DNA of 64,000 nt from Phoronis australis (lineage: Eukaryota; Animalia; Phoronida): NCBI GenBank assembly GCA_002633005.1, contig NMRA01000776.1, positions 56,948-120,947 of the forward strand. Reading direction: 5' to 3'. Of this stretch, positions 51,061-63,671 are shown in pieces. The notes below the pieces were generated by a model. That model was not told where the DNA came from and did not search any database. It saw nothing but the letters and a program-made list of their open reading frames with translations. Each line of letters begins with the position of its first letter. Position 1 is the first letter of the stretch. The translations under genes and the position numbers were made by a program.

Positions 51061-54000
51061 CTGGCGCTTGAAGATGTACCCCTTGCAGCTCATACATAAT
51101 CTGAAGAAAATCTCCGGGTTCCAACATTATTGTGATGCGTACAACTTACATGTACAACTTGATTGTTTCGCTGTGACGACATAATAGTTCTGACGCAATC
51201 TCAGGGCCTTTGGCGACCATTCCAGAGAGGTTTTTATCACAAACTCAAATAGTCTATACCCGCTCATGCTGCATTGGACAATAAACATGAAAACTAGTAA
51301 ATTATAGAGAGGCGTCGAGATCGCGCTAAGTGACTGAGTGCTGCGTCTTGGTGTGAAAAATTAGTTCAACGGTAAAATCTGTGATGCGGTATCACCGAAA
51401 GTATGGGCGATTGCAGAGAGCTACATGTACTTTTTCAAGGTCCGAAACTATTTAAACTAGCAATTATCAAACATCATCGACCCACCCTAGCCATGATGAT
51501 ACACACTCTAAATTGTGGCCGATTGCAAATTCGTTTAGAACGTACAGCAGTTTAAGAGGCACCACTTTCGTGGGTTACTGGTTGATTCTAATTATTTTCA
51601 GTATAATATGTTAAAGATAATGGGGCTATTCGACAATCTTTACATTACTAGAGGGCGCGCGTGTACTAGTGATGGTAGATTAAGCAGCCTGAACTTTCCG
51701 AGCCCTTTGATACATGTTAAAATAGCTTTCACCCGTGCCAACTAAATCTGAGATTGCTTGAAAAGGGTGTTTCTACGAGAGGAAGTAAGCGTGATCTTAT
51801 AAGAAGGCAAGGTTTGTGATTATTTTAACGATTATTCGAAGTTTGCAATACTGATACATATTAACTGAGCCGGGTAGTGGTTGATGTCGAACTTCGCGGC
51901 AGTCGGGTTAATCATTGTTTGTTGTGATGTGATACGATACTTAACATAGCACTCGGGATCTTTTCGTGCATCGAAGCAGTAATATATGTTTGGAGTGATT
52001 TCTAACAGGTTTGTCAGTGACAGTTGCATCAATTAATGCTGAATGGTTAGTGTGGTCAACTCGATATTGATTAGTGAGGTAAGAAGACTACAATACAAAC
52101 CCAAAGGGCATGTGACAAATATACAATAGACTATTTGTGTACTGCCTATCCTATGTCGTTCTGAAATCTACATGTTGACATGATAATGTGTTTTCAGCTG
52201 ACCTTTGGTTTTAGGGTGTGAGGGCTATTACCACGCAGAGAAGATATGTATCACTACTCAACCGTCCCTGATTGGACAAAAATTGGTTTTGAGCAGTTGA
52301 CTGCAACCAACCTGCAAAATCTTCCTATCCAGTGCAGATCTGTTGTCAAAACCTACTTTCTATATCGGAGACAAAGAAGAAAGCATTTGAAAGGGACAAC
52401 TAACTTTAAAGACATGTATGTGAATTGTTTGGCCAATTTACTTATTCGGGTCCTTAGATTGAGGTTTGCATAAGGGGTTGGGGTTGTAAAATTTGGTGTA
52501 ACTGAGTGCGTGGAAATACCAGATAAAATTTTCCTGGGGGAAAGTGCATTGTTGGGTAATTCTTAACCTTCATAAAGTTCTTTCAAGTTTTATGACACAG
52601 TTTTGCTATCCATTGCAAACCCATAGAAAATATTACATTTTCTGAATTCTCAATGACTGGACTGTCTTAACTCATGCGTTGAAATGTTGCAAGTTGTTGA
52701 TGTGACTGCCATCTACTTTGAAAACTGCATTTTGGCTGCGAAAATACGAGTGAGGTCACATTCCTGAACATATTCTTTTTAATTCCAATACACATGCATT
52801 AGGATTTAAATTACTCTTAAACAACAGAAAGATAATCCATCAATTTTTAAAAAAACTTAAGTCTTCATATTTTCTATTGGAAAAGAAACAAAATATCTGT
52901 GAAACGGTTCTCTCAGCCTTAGACCAGAATTGTGCTTGACAGACCCATGAATCTGTAATTGGTGTTTAAAATTGCTGAAAGTACCAAAAATCAAAAGGCT
53001 TTAAAATGGGTAACAAATGTTTGAAGTTGTCTCAAATAACTTGCATAGTTTGCAGACAAGTGATGTATTTAAAGAATTGTTATGGCTAGGAATGAAAAAT
53101 AAAGACGCAGTTCTATGCAAATCAATACTTATCATACTATATACATCTGCAAGCTTGCTTTCTGGAAATAGTAATTACTGAATTCTGTGTGAAGTTGTAA
53201 AGCATTTGCCATATCATATTTTTAAAAAACAAGGGCAACATTTTTGACCCAACCTGACGTACTTAATTATTCATGTTTCAATATTTGTTCCAGGTTCAGT
53301 GACATTTATAAGGCCACTTCAAGCCGCAACATAGACATGATTTGTGACTCCTTTCTCTTCCCACACCAGCAGTGCTGCATGCCACAATATAAAAGCCATA
53401 GGCCACGGAGAAATGTGAATCGTAGTACCATAAGAAAATGTGCCAGTGGATTGTTTGTGTGTGAATAGGAACTACATCTGACTGCTACACCAGCCAGCCT
53501 AATTGGTGAGAATGCCCGTTCATACATGTAGGCAATGAGTCATGGAAAAACATGAGGGACTGAAGCTAAATAAGACCTAGTAACACTCTGATCTAGTTCA
53601 GGGTCAGATTTCGGGCACAAACCGAGTGATGTGATGTTGTGCTTACCTTCAAGAATCTAATTATGGACGTTATTGAGGCTGCATGAGGTTTCGTGAAAAA
53701 GGCCACATGCCGAATCTGGACCTTTTTTACAAGCACTTCTACTGGCCATTGAAACTCGATCCCAGTGAAATGAAAACCAAAAGCATATGATATAAATACT
53801 TGTCCTTTCTCACCGAGTGACATTAACTTTTCCTCTCAGAAGAAAAGCTTTATACTAATTGTAAAAACTTTTCAATCTGGTACGCATTATGTGGAAATGA
53901 CATTCAGTGACTGCACCGATTGTCTTATTGTCAGTAAAAAGCCCGTTAATGATACATTTTATGATTGAATAAACTTTCATCAACCGACAAGTTTGTCACT

Positions 54001-54978
54001 TACTATTCCCTTTGATTTGTCTAAACTTGTCTAAAACAAAAATTCCACATGCAAGCAAGGTATGTTTTCAATGGTATACTGAACAACCACATACATAAAA
54101 GGGAACATTTTCTGTTGAAAACTATTGTAATTTTCCCAAATGCAACATGCAAAGTCCATAAACAGGGATATCAAAGGCTGACTTTCTGAACTGAGATGTT
54201 CAGTTCTCTCAGGTTATTGCTGAAGGACTGCTTTTCACTTTGTCGAAAGGTAAAATAAACGGCAAGGTGGCTGGTTTCAGTCGTTTTCTCTCACCTGTAA
54301 CAGAATAGGCAGAGAATTATTAGCAAATTATAAAAGAAAACACAAGACAAAACTACTTTTTACGGCAGAAAATACTTGACACTTAATCTTCATGTTTCTA
54401 TGAAGAAACTAATAATCTTTGTACCCAAGCCTTATTAAAGATGAGAATTAAAATGTGTGAAACAGGCTAAAAGTGACTTAAGAATGTGTATTTTTAACGA
54501 CACGTAAAATACGTTTCTGATCTCAACATATAAAATTCATTCTATGTGTCAATATTTATTCCAGTGCAATGTTACGAATTTAGTGAACAGCTCATTCATG
54601 TTAATTCGGTAACTACTGTAAAATCTGGTAATCCTGGGGGTGAAGTCTGCTATAAAATAAGAAAACTCACTCATCTAGAGAATTTCATTGGACATAGCAT
54701 ACTTTTGAAAAGTAACTGCTGTGAAAAAATCCCCCTTGATTTCTGGGCGGGACGTCCCATACATCTCTCATATTGGGAGCACTCCCACCCAGGACTTGTT
54801 ATGTGAATATGAGCTGCTAGCCTCCCATCCGTGCCTGGTGAGTTTTTGAAGAGAAACACTTAGTTCCACTGAATAAATCCGTTATTCAGTGGGGTAAGTG
54901 GCCGGGATAACATCACTAAGCAATCTCGATAGAAACTAATTGTTAAAAACTTACCAAGTAACGTGATCAGGTAATCTC

Positions 54979-55182
54979 TCAATGGAAATGCTTAAAGCAC
55001 ACACGGGGCGTGAGGCTTCGGCATACACACACTGTTTTCACTTGGTTGGCCCTCTTGACCGCAATTCTCCACGCTTGTATTAACCTTAGCTCTTTTGGGA
55101 ATTTGCGACCACCTGTCGAAGATTTGTTTCCAGCAAAATAGCAATAATAAGGCTTAGCGCGACGACATTTTTTTGATAACAA
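54979..55182 (-). pseudogene. THAP zinc-finger remnant (DNA transposon derived)
   Basis: YCYFAG...RKFPKELRLIQAWRIAVKR...RVCFKHF fits the THAP C..FP..W....R..VC..HF signature; second Cys lost. Confidence 0.7.
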
Positions 55183-55630
55183 TCCCGTCCTTTTACCAGC
55201 TCTTTACATGCAGACAGCGACGCATGCGCAATTCAATCACCACTAGCTACAGCAGCGACACCGCGTTGAATAGCCCCTTTACCATGATTTATTTACTCCG
55301 GCAATCTAAGTACCCTCTTTCCTGACACTCATTTTGAAGAGGCAAAACGGCTTTTAAATCTAATACAGCATTAATACTCCAGGGCAACGTTGTATTCGTG
55401 AACGGATCACCTCTGTAGCATTGCGCAAAGCTGCGAGAGAAATCTGATAACCATCTTCGAAAACTAACCCTAATTCTATCGTCGAACACTTCTTTGACTA
55501 TGGCATCGCTCGAGTGTCCTTTCCAGTACACTGCCTGATTTTTTTCGCCTACTCCCATTTCGAAAAGGTCAAATTGTGGTGAAAAAACTCAAGGGGTAAA
55601 CAACAATTGGTTGGACTCCAAAACCACTTT

Positions 55631-55985
55631 CCCGGACTTCAAAATCAGCTGGCTGCATTGCAAATGGCCGGTGTACCAACTTTATGGCCGGACCTCAAAA
55701 CGTAATGTCCGGTAACTCAAAACCAGATGGTCGCATCCAAAATCTGTTTGGCCGGACCTATGGGATTGTCGGTGCTAAACTACAAAGGACGAACACACAA
55801 GGCTCTACTTTCAAGGTGATTCTCTGATCGAGTACATCCTGTCGTCGTATTTCATCACGGGCCAACTGCTTATAGCACCGGCCATTGTGATTAAGGTCCA
55901 GCCATAGCGTTTTTAAGTCCGGACAAAAAGTTTGATCACCGGTCATTTGGTTTTGTAGTGCAGCCGACTAGTTTTGAAGTCCGGC
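55631..55985. mobile_element. MITE with long degenerate TIRs rich in ccggac motifs
   Basis: ccggacttcaaaatcagctggctgca... pairs with ...tgcagccgactagttttgaagtccgg. Confidence 0.7.
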
Positions 55986-58900
55986 AAGCTGCACATACAC
56001 ACAAGCGCGCACGCGCAACTAGAACTTCATTGACTACGGGTAACAGCACCTGCTGCTGGCTGGTGATTTCAATATCAAGGAACATAATCGTAAGACTTGA
56101 CTGTCACACTTTCTCGCCTCCCAGCAAGTGCTACCGCCTTGCTCTACTTGTGTACACGCCCTTTTCACGTACTTGTCAATTGCCTGGCTTCGAGTAGTCC
56201 TCCTGACAGTACTACTTTTGAAGATTTGCTCCGCATGCCGCTTTTTGACCCATGGTACAGAATTTTAATACCGATGCAACTGTTTTAAAGTTACGTAGTG
56301 AGTGAGGAATGTGTATTTTGAAATGAATTTCCCAAGATTGACGTGAACGCATGGCGGCAGGGGTCGCAGCTAGGCTTTTGTACACTATATGCGCTATTCA
56401 TTGAATCGCAGGGTATTTTAAGTGTTACATAAAGTCAACAGTCTTAAGTGATTCTACGAATGACTAACACTGCGCGACCAACCGTGCAATGAAGATGTTT
56501 GTCAGAGTCAAAACATACAAAGGATATTGTGGTTTTTATTGGCACCGGCGGAAGCACATTTTTTAAGAGATCTGTTCCAACCAACAATAGTTTCAAAAGT
56601 GAAATTTCCGGTCTTTAAGCCGAACGTGTTCCTTAAAAACACACCGTGATCATGTTTCTGGATGTCATGTTGTGGCCGACATTTGGAACATGCAACATGG
56701 CCTATATACATATAAATCNTAGGGAAGTTTTCATATTTTAGTGTAACTGTGTCCTGTTCGCAGAGAATCGTCGAGTTAACATTGTTTCCGTAGTTGTGGA
56801 TAGTTTTCAACACAATAAGAATCACTTACGTCTGCTACTGATTACCGTTGGTGAGGAAGCCGATGAAGCAAGTGACGAACACACCGTATCCAGCACTGAG
56901 GACTTCACCATCTGACGAACTTGCTCTGGCGGCGTCCGTTTTCAAGGCTGTCGTAATGAATAAGACAGGTTTCGTATAGTTATTATCTTAGACGAAAAAC
57001 GACGAATTCGGTTTGGTAGACTTTGATCTGCATTTTAACGAATCGTTGAGCCTAGGCAAAAGAATAATTTGTAAATAACGTTATTAAGAACAGTTAAAGG
57101 TCTTTGATCCAAAATCGCATAAGAGGCATATCATTAGAATGCCCTTTATCTGTTCTTGATGGTGTATGATTGAGAATCAAATGATAATAATTTGATTCAT
57201 AAATAATCATCATTTCACATACATGTACTTGTGTACACGCCCAGTTCACGTACTTGTCAATTGCCTGGCCTCGAGTAGTCCTCCTGACAGTACTACTTTT
57301 GAAGATTTGCTCCGCATGCCGCTTTTTGACCCATAGGACAGAATTTTAATACCGATGCAACTGTAGTGAGTGAGGAATGTGTATTTTGAAATGAATTTCC
57401 CAAGATTAATGTGAACGCATGGCGGCAGGGGTCGCAGCTAGGCTTTTGTACACTATATGCGCTATTCATTGAATCGCTGGGTATTTTAAGTGTTACATAT
57501 AGTCAACACTCTTAAGTGATTCTATGAATGACTAACACTGCGCGACCAACGGTGCAATGAAGATGTTTGTCAGAGTCAAAACATACAAAGGATATTGTGG
57601 TTTTTATTGGCACCGGCGAAAGCACATTTTTAAGAGATCTGTCCCAACCAACAATAGTCTCATAAGTGAAATTTCCGGTCTTTAAGCCGAACGTGTTCCT
57701 TAAAAACACACCGTGATCATGTTTCTGGATGTCATGTTTTGGCCGACATTTGGAACTTGCAACATGGCCTATATACACATGTACTGTTGGCAAATATGTA
57801 ATTACTAAAAACCAGAGCAAGAGTGGTTCGTTCTTCCAATCCTGACGTGTGCTACTTGCTATCGGTAACTTAAGGTAGATAATTCAGCACTTAATTCTCT
57901 GTCTGCATGTGCTCCTAAAGGTTCCGCCAAGAGATGTTGGCGTTCCCAGTAAAGCAACATCACCTCAAGACCAAAACACGACTTCCAGTTTGAGTACGGG
58001 TGTCAGAAAAGTGACGGTAAACGAGTATCGCTTAAGCTATATGTAACTTACTGTTAGACCGACAAAATCCGCAGAATTTCTTGCAATTTCTGTTTGTCCA
58101 TGCCCTTTATCTTCGCCATCCACAAATCTGTATTTTTGAGTAAGCGCTACACCTTTTCACGTCTCTACATATGCCTGTTAACATAATGTAGGGTTTCGAT
58201 CAATTACAGCCTGCACAAAACAAATTTCGTTTGATCTTGACGGTACAACCAACGGTTCAGCTTCATAAGAAAGCTCAATTTTGCCACTGAAACAGTCCAT
58301 TGTTTAGTATGACGTCATATTGACGTTTTAGACCCGGTAAAAATTAAGATGCCGCAAATAAAACATTAACGATAATTGGGACCCGATATAGGTAGTGTTT
58401 TAAATTACTAAACACTCCAGAAACCATTTCCTGGCCAAGGCCTTGTCAATCCTTTTCAACGCCCCGAGAACATATAATGTGTGCAACCGATTATATAAAA
58501 ATAATTGTAGGCAATATGGTACACGTTGTACTAGACGTTCACTGGCCGTTCAAGGTGGCTCATTGCACTATCATCTTAAAGGTCAACGTCACATCAGTGA
58601 AATGGGTGTACCTGAAGGTGATATCATCTGTAATCCGGAAGTTCACGAAAATGGCATCAGAGGTCATTACGTAATAGGTTTAATTGGACCGTAAGTACCA
58701 TCATCAGGTCATGTTAGAGAGGAGCCTGGATCCAAGGTCAAAGTCATGCGTGTAACCGAAAATCGTCGGTAAGCCGGAAGGAAGTGTAAATGAACGAGGC
58801 CATAATCGAATCAGAAGTCACCTAACTGCTGACATCATCGGGTAGGTTAGGTGTGGCAACGTCTACCACCCTATTCTGACACTACAAAGACGTTGAAAAC

Positions 58901-59839
58901 GTTCAAATGAGGTTGTAGAGTTCAACTGATTGAGAGTGGGAACAAAATATGGATTCCACTATGTTGCGTATTCTCTTCAGTGGATTGGTATAGCTTCACA
59001 TCTATCCACTATGCCGTGTTATTAGTTATGCTAATCCTACAGATCCAGATTGGTCATTGTTGATTTAAATTCTAGGGCTTCGCAGAATGGCAACCTGGGG
59101 TCCGTTGAGCTTTGACCTTTGGGGAAACCTTTGACCTTTGCATGTGACTGCTTTACCTGTGAGCTTTGATTCAGTTGATCTTTTTTCTTGCGACAATGTT
59201 TGTTGCGGTTGAATATACTCATTGGTGATGGTGATTTGATTTTTTTATTCTTTTTTTAATAATACCCAAGCCCTTACTGGACCCCAAGCCGTTTGTTTAG
59301 TTTAATCGCGCATCGGTATTCTATACAACTTTTGTTTATTTTTATAAGTATTTTTGAAATCACCGAAAATAATGAACTTGACGAAATGAAAATCTACGAA
59401 CCCTAAAATGCGACCATTTGGAAAGACGTTTGAAGGAATTAGTCTTCATTGGCACTCGAAAGTCGAAATAATATTTTTGTTTTTTTCATTTTTGAAAACA
59501 TTTTGGAAGAAGCTATTGAATAATTTGAAATTAACTAAACATTCACCGAGATAACGACGTTACGAGAGTATCGATTACGTTGAAATTCGTCCAACGTGTT
59601 GAGAGTATAGATTATGTTGAAATTCGCCCACAAGCAAGTTGCAAGAGTGTTATCGACAAAAATAATGAAGTCAATATGATGTAAGTTTCGTTTTATTTTC
59701 GGCAATTATTAACAAAAAATACAGAAAATAACAGGGAAGTAGTTGAAGATGCTTTGACTAAAAGTTTTGAGGCTACTGACATCGTCTCAAAATAATTGAG
59801 AAATTTCCCGGTTTGTCCCTTCCGGTTCCCGTCTTCCAG

Positions 59840-60061
59840 CATGCGCGCACCGAGGAGGGCCCACTTGGCGAAGGGGGCAAAAAGGTCCGCCTCTGAGAAA
59901 CAAACAGTCCGAGAAAATGAGACAAAAGTCCACTAAACAAGCACAAACACGCAAAAAACAGTGGTGCCCCCGTTTTTTTAGTCCGCCGGACTTTATGTTA
60001 GCAAAAGGTCCAAAACTTCAAGAATTCGAGCCCCCGGTATTGAAGGCTGGGTGCGCACATG
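59840..60061. mobile_element. 222-bp CA...TG MITE with a probable 5-bp TSD, inserted in one unit of a two-unit tandem repeat
   Basis: TIR catgcgcgcacc / ggtgcgcacatg; tccag/tcctg flanks; the second repeat unit (~60128-60245) shows the empty site gtcttcccgtta. Confidence 0.7.
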
Positions 60062-60367
60062 TCCTGTTATAAAGGTTGTCGTTAGCGCTTTAAGGTCAGG
60101 ATTCGTTCTTTTGGGATGCTTACCTGACATGGTCTCAAAAAGATTGAAAAATTGCCCGGTTGTCCTGTCCGTCTCCTGTCTTCCCGTTATATAAGTCGAT
60201 GTTCGTGCTTTAAGGCCGAGATTCGTGTTTTGGGCTGCTTACATGTACCAGTTTATCGACTGCAGGTTATCTGTTACATGTATATATAGAGATTTTGATT
60301 TCTATGGAACACCTTGAGTTAACTTATTAACATTATAGATATCATTTTTAATCAGAGTAAAACGTAC

Positions 60368-60535
60368 TTGGGCATTTACGGTTGTTGCATAACTGGGTCA
60401 TCGAACTTGCTCCTTCACAATCTTTGCCACCAAATTCAGGGGTAGGGTCGGTGCAGTTCCTAATGCGCTTCAGTTGTCCCTCCCCACAGGTCACAGATCA
60501 CGGAGATACAGTCCAATGCGTCCAACCACCGTCCA
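60368..60535 (-). pseudogene. Thrombospondin type 1 repeat exon with an in-frame TGA
   Basis: tttcag|..DGGWTHWTVSP*SVTCGEGQLKRIRNCTDPTPEFGGKDCEGASSMTQLCNNRKCP|gtacgt, 168 nt, TGA at 60498-60500. Confidence 0.85.
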
Positions 60536-61393
60536 CTGAAATTGGTGACCATCATTGATTATAGACAACAGATTCGCAACTCAGACATTTTCTTGCGTGA
60601 TTTCTTAGAGGAGGCGCCACTCTCCCAAATTACATGTATTTGTCCCAGTTTCCGGTCACTGTCTTGTGACGACACAACAGCTGATCATGATTAGCAGACG
60701 ACGTACCTGCTAGAAAAAAAAATAATTTGGACAGGTGTCAATGGTGAATATGACGTCACTGCTTCTGTAAGAGCACAGATTTTGTCCATTGGAAGTATAC
60801 GGAGTTGGCTGTCCTTGTACATGTACTAAAGTCCATTGTACCGTTGAGTCGTTTTAACGCTTCCTGATTTCTCGACTTAGACCTTGTTTTCTCATTTTTG
60901 CCAGTAGTAGGAATGGCGAGAGTCTGTCCAATATTGACCGACCTCGGAGCAATCATTTCAACAGATTTACCTTAGTGCAGATCGATACAACGTCTTTGCT
61001 TATGTGATAGCCCTGCACAGAACAAGGTTTGTAAGAGTTCCACCCAGTACGGTCACCGTAAAATGAAGAAAGTGTTTCTTCAGTTGATTCTATGGGATCG
61101 TTGCCAAACTAAGTTCATGCACTTTGTATTCACTTCTAAAAACTGAACGCGAATATATCACTGAGCCATTCATGACCGAATAGGAAATTCAAGTCAAACA
61201 GTGGAACACTGAGTCTAAGCCAGTTGATAACAAAACATCTTCATGTACTGTATGTACTATATATGAGTGCTTACCCGTCTTTGACTTTCTAGCAAGAAAT
61301 ATTGCTCCTGTGAAAGAAGTATCGTTATTAAACCAAATATGTATCGTGAGTGTAGTTGGTTTCAAGTCATGATCCTCAGCAACTAAAGTTTAC

Positions 61394-61564
61394 CCGGGCA
61401 AGTTTTATCGTTGCACGACTGTATCATCGAGCTTGACCCTTTACAGTCTTCGCCGCCAAGTTTAGGCTCAGGTGCGTTGCAAGCCCTCGTGCGGCTAACT
61501 TGTCCTCCACCGCAGGTCTGAGAACAAGACTCCCAAGCACTCCAACTACTCCAGACACCGTCGA
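61394..61564 (-). CDS. Thrombospondin type 1 repeat exon (intact frame; gene probably decayed)
   Basis: tttcag|..DGVWSSWSAWESCSQTCGGGQVSRTRACNAPEPKLGGEDCKGSSSMIQSCNDKTCP|gtaaac, 171 nt, phase 1-1. Confidence 0.88.
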
Positions 61565-63671
61565 CTGAAATAAGGAGTTTGTTCAGTTAGTGTGATAACT
61601 CAGACTTTGTCTACACTGAAAGCATACCAATACCCTAAACGTATTATGATGACTTGAGGTCGTAATACCAACAAGTTGGCCAAGTTCGAATGTCAATCAT
61701 TGTTTTATTACACGAGTAAATCTTTAAAAAATATGGGAGAAATCTGTTGCAAAAAATAAAATTCAATAGTATGACTGTGACTCGTTGGGGTGGTCATCCA
61801 GAACCAGTGTTGTCACCGTTTTTCATATGTTGTACACTTTCTACATGTTTAAAGCTCTTGTCAGCGGATCATACAGCTTCAGGTATTCAAAAGTAAAGAT
61901 ATCCAATCCAGTGTTACAATATTTTAGGCTAGAATGAAAGTGCGGTGGTAGGCCCCGTGAGAATTGGTCTTATTCCAATGTACACTGTACATGTACCTAC
62001 GGGTTTAGAGTGGTTGGTTATTTGGACCATAGGTCTCTAACCCGGGAATGACAACTCCCTCACGTGACCTGTCCGCAGGGTATTCTATTGTAAGAGCTTG
62101 CAACCGTGAGACTAGTTGCAACGTTTACCACTGAGAATTTGCAGCTGCCTTCTCTACTGTTGAGTTTTGATCGAGAGTCGTAGTTATCAAATCGAGACTA
62201 ATTTCATTGTTTCATTTTCATTTTGATATATTGCCAGGCGTGGCTCTTGAGGTACAACTCCGTACCATCAGCGATTTCTCGTCAAAATAAGTTAACAAAC
62301 CCGAAAACTACACTGATCGTTCTTTAATTGGACGGACCTGTGGCCATGAGTGGATGCCGGAAGCAGTTTAGCCCCTGATAACTTTTCATCTCCGGTCGTA
62401 GAACTACTTGTAACAAACCATCATGCTACTTTTTGAGGGTTAAAATCATTTTACAGTATTTTACGGGAATAAGTTACGTTCGGACTAAATGAAAACTGAA
62501 GGATGGAAATATTGCTTAGTAAAGTTGTGTTTGCGCGCGCGCGCGTGTGTGTGTGTATGTGTTTGTTTATTTCGGACGCAGATGGTATTTATGCGTGATT
62601 CAACGTCATGCTAACATTCTCTCATCATCTGATTCTTTGTACAACGGACGACAAGGAGAAAGTTCCTCAGTCTTAATTTCTTGCAATATTGAGCAAGACT
62701 TTGGAAGGACACAGTGAAAACCGAGTGCTTCGCGAGTATGCTCGGTAGGTTTTCTATCCTAACCTGGCGAAACATTAAACACTGAAATGATTTGTCTGTG
62801 AAGCCATTTTGTTTTATAGTGTGATAATTTCATCCGTTGCATAGCGTAAGGAGATGTTTCCAACAAGTTCAAGCTTGTGTCTTTCAGTCGGTAGAAATTT
62901 AATATTGTGCCAAATGTTCATGACAACAATGTTAACAGTGACTCAAATCCAGCTGATCTCGAACACTCATGAAGTCCAAAGAGTGGGTAGCATAATTCTA
63001 ACACGTGCACAAAAGCAGAATGTGACCACGTCAAACCTTAAGTAAACTGTCGCCACGTCATTAGTCTATTAGTTCAATGATTAGCGTTGACGTACGTGAA
63101 GAAATAAAGATTCTTCGGAATAATTGTTACCTGAAAAATGTAGTGATAACCCTTTTACATGTAACGACGAACGAAAATAATGTGAGTCAAGGTTTTAGTA
63201 AAAACCTTAATAATGTAGGCAGTGACGTCAGTAAGAGTAATAATTCCAACACAGGCAGTGAACAACATCGTTCTAAATCAAAATATTGACCGTTTTCAAC
63301 CAAAAGATAACATAGAAACGAGAAATTGACACATTACCACAAAACACCAGAAAAAGCAGTCTTTACGACTTCTACTACTTAAAATACATTGAATATGACT
63401 CAATATGTCAAACATCTCCTCATTTAATTTCAAAAATTGATAGCTTGTGTTTCATATTTGTTATTTTGGCCCGTGAAAAAAGCGAGCGCAATCAAATTTC
63501 ACAATGAACCCAATCTAAACTTCACGAAGCTCAATTGTAGACCTTAGGCCTGACGTATTGAAACACTATTTCTTAATTTAATGACTGAGAAGCGACTTAA
63601 TGCCCAGCAATAAGACTTGATTCCACCAACTCAAGAGCAAACTTAATTGACATCTAATGAAATGCAGCGGA

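Larger units (their letters stand above)
49118..57780. repeat. Haplotype-like duplication across the N at 56719 with a 6.3-kb presence/absence segment
   Basis: 56720-57216 matches 49118-49833 and 57226-57780 matches 56145-56718; 49834-56144 is absent from the second copy. Confidence 0.88.
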
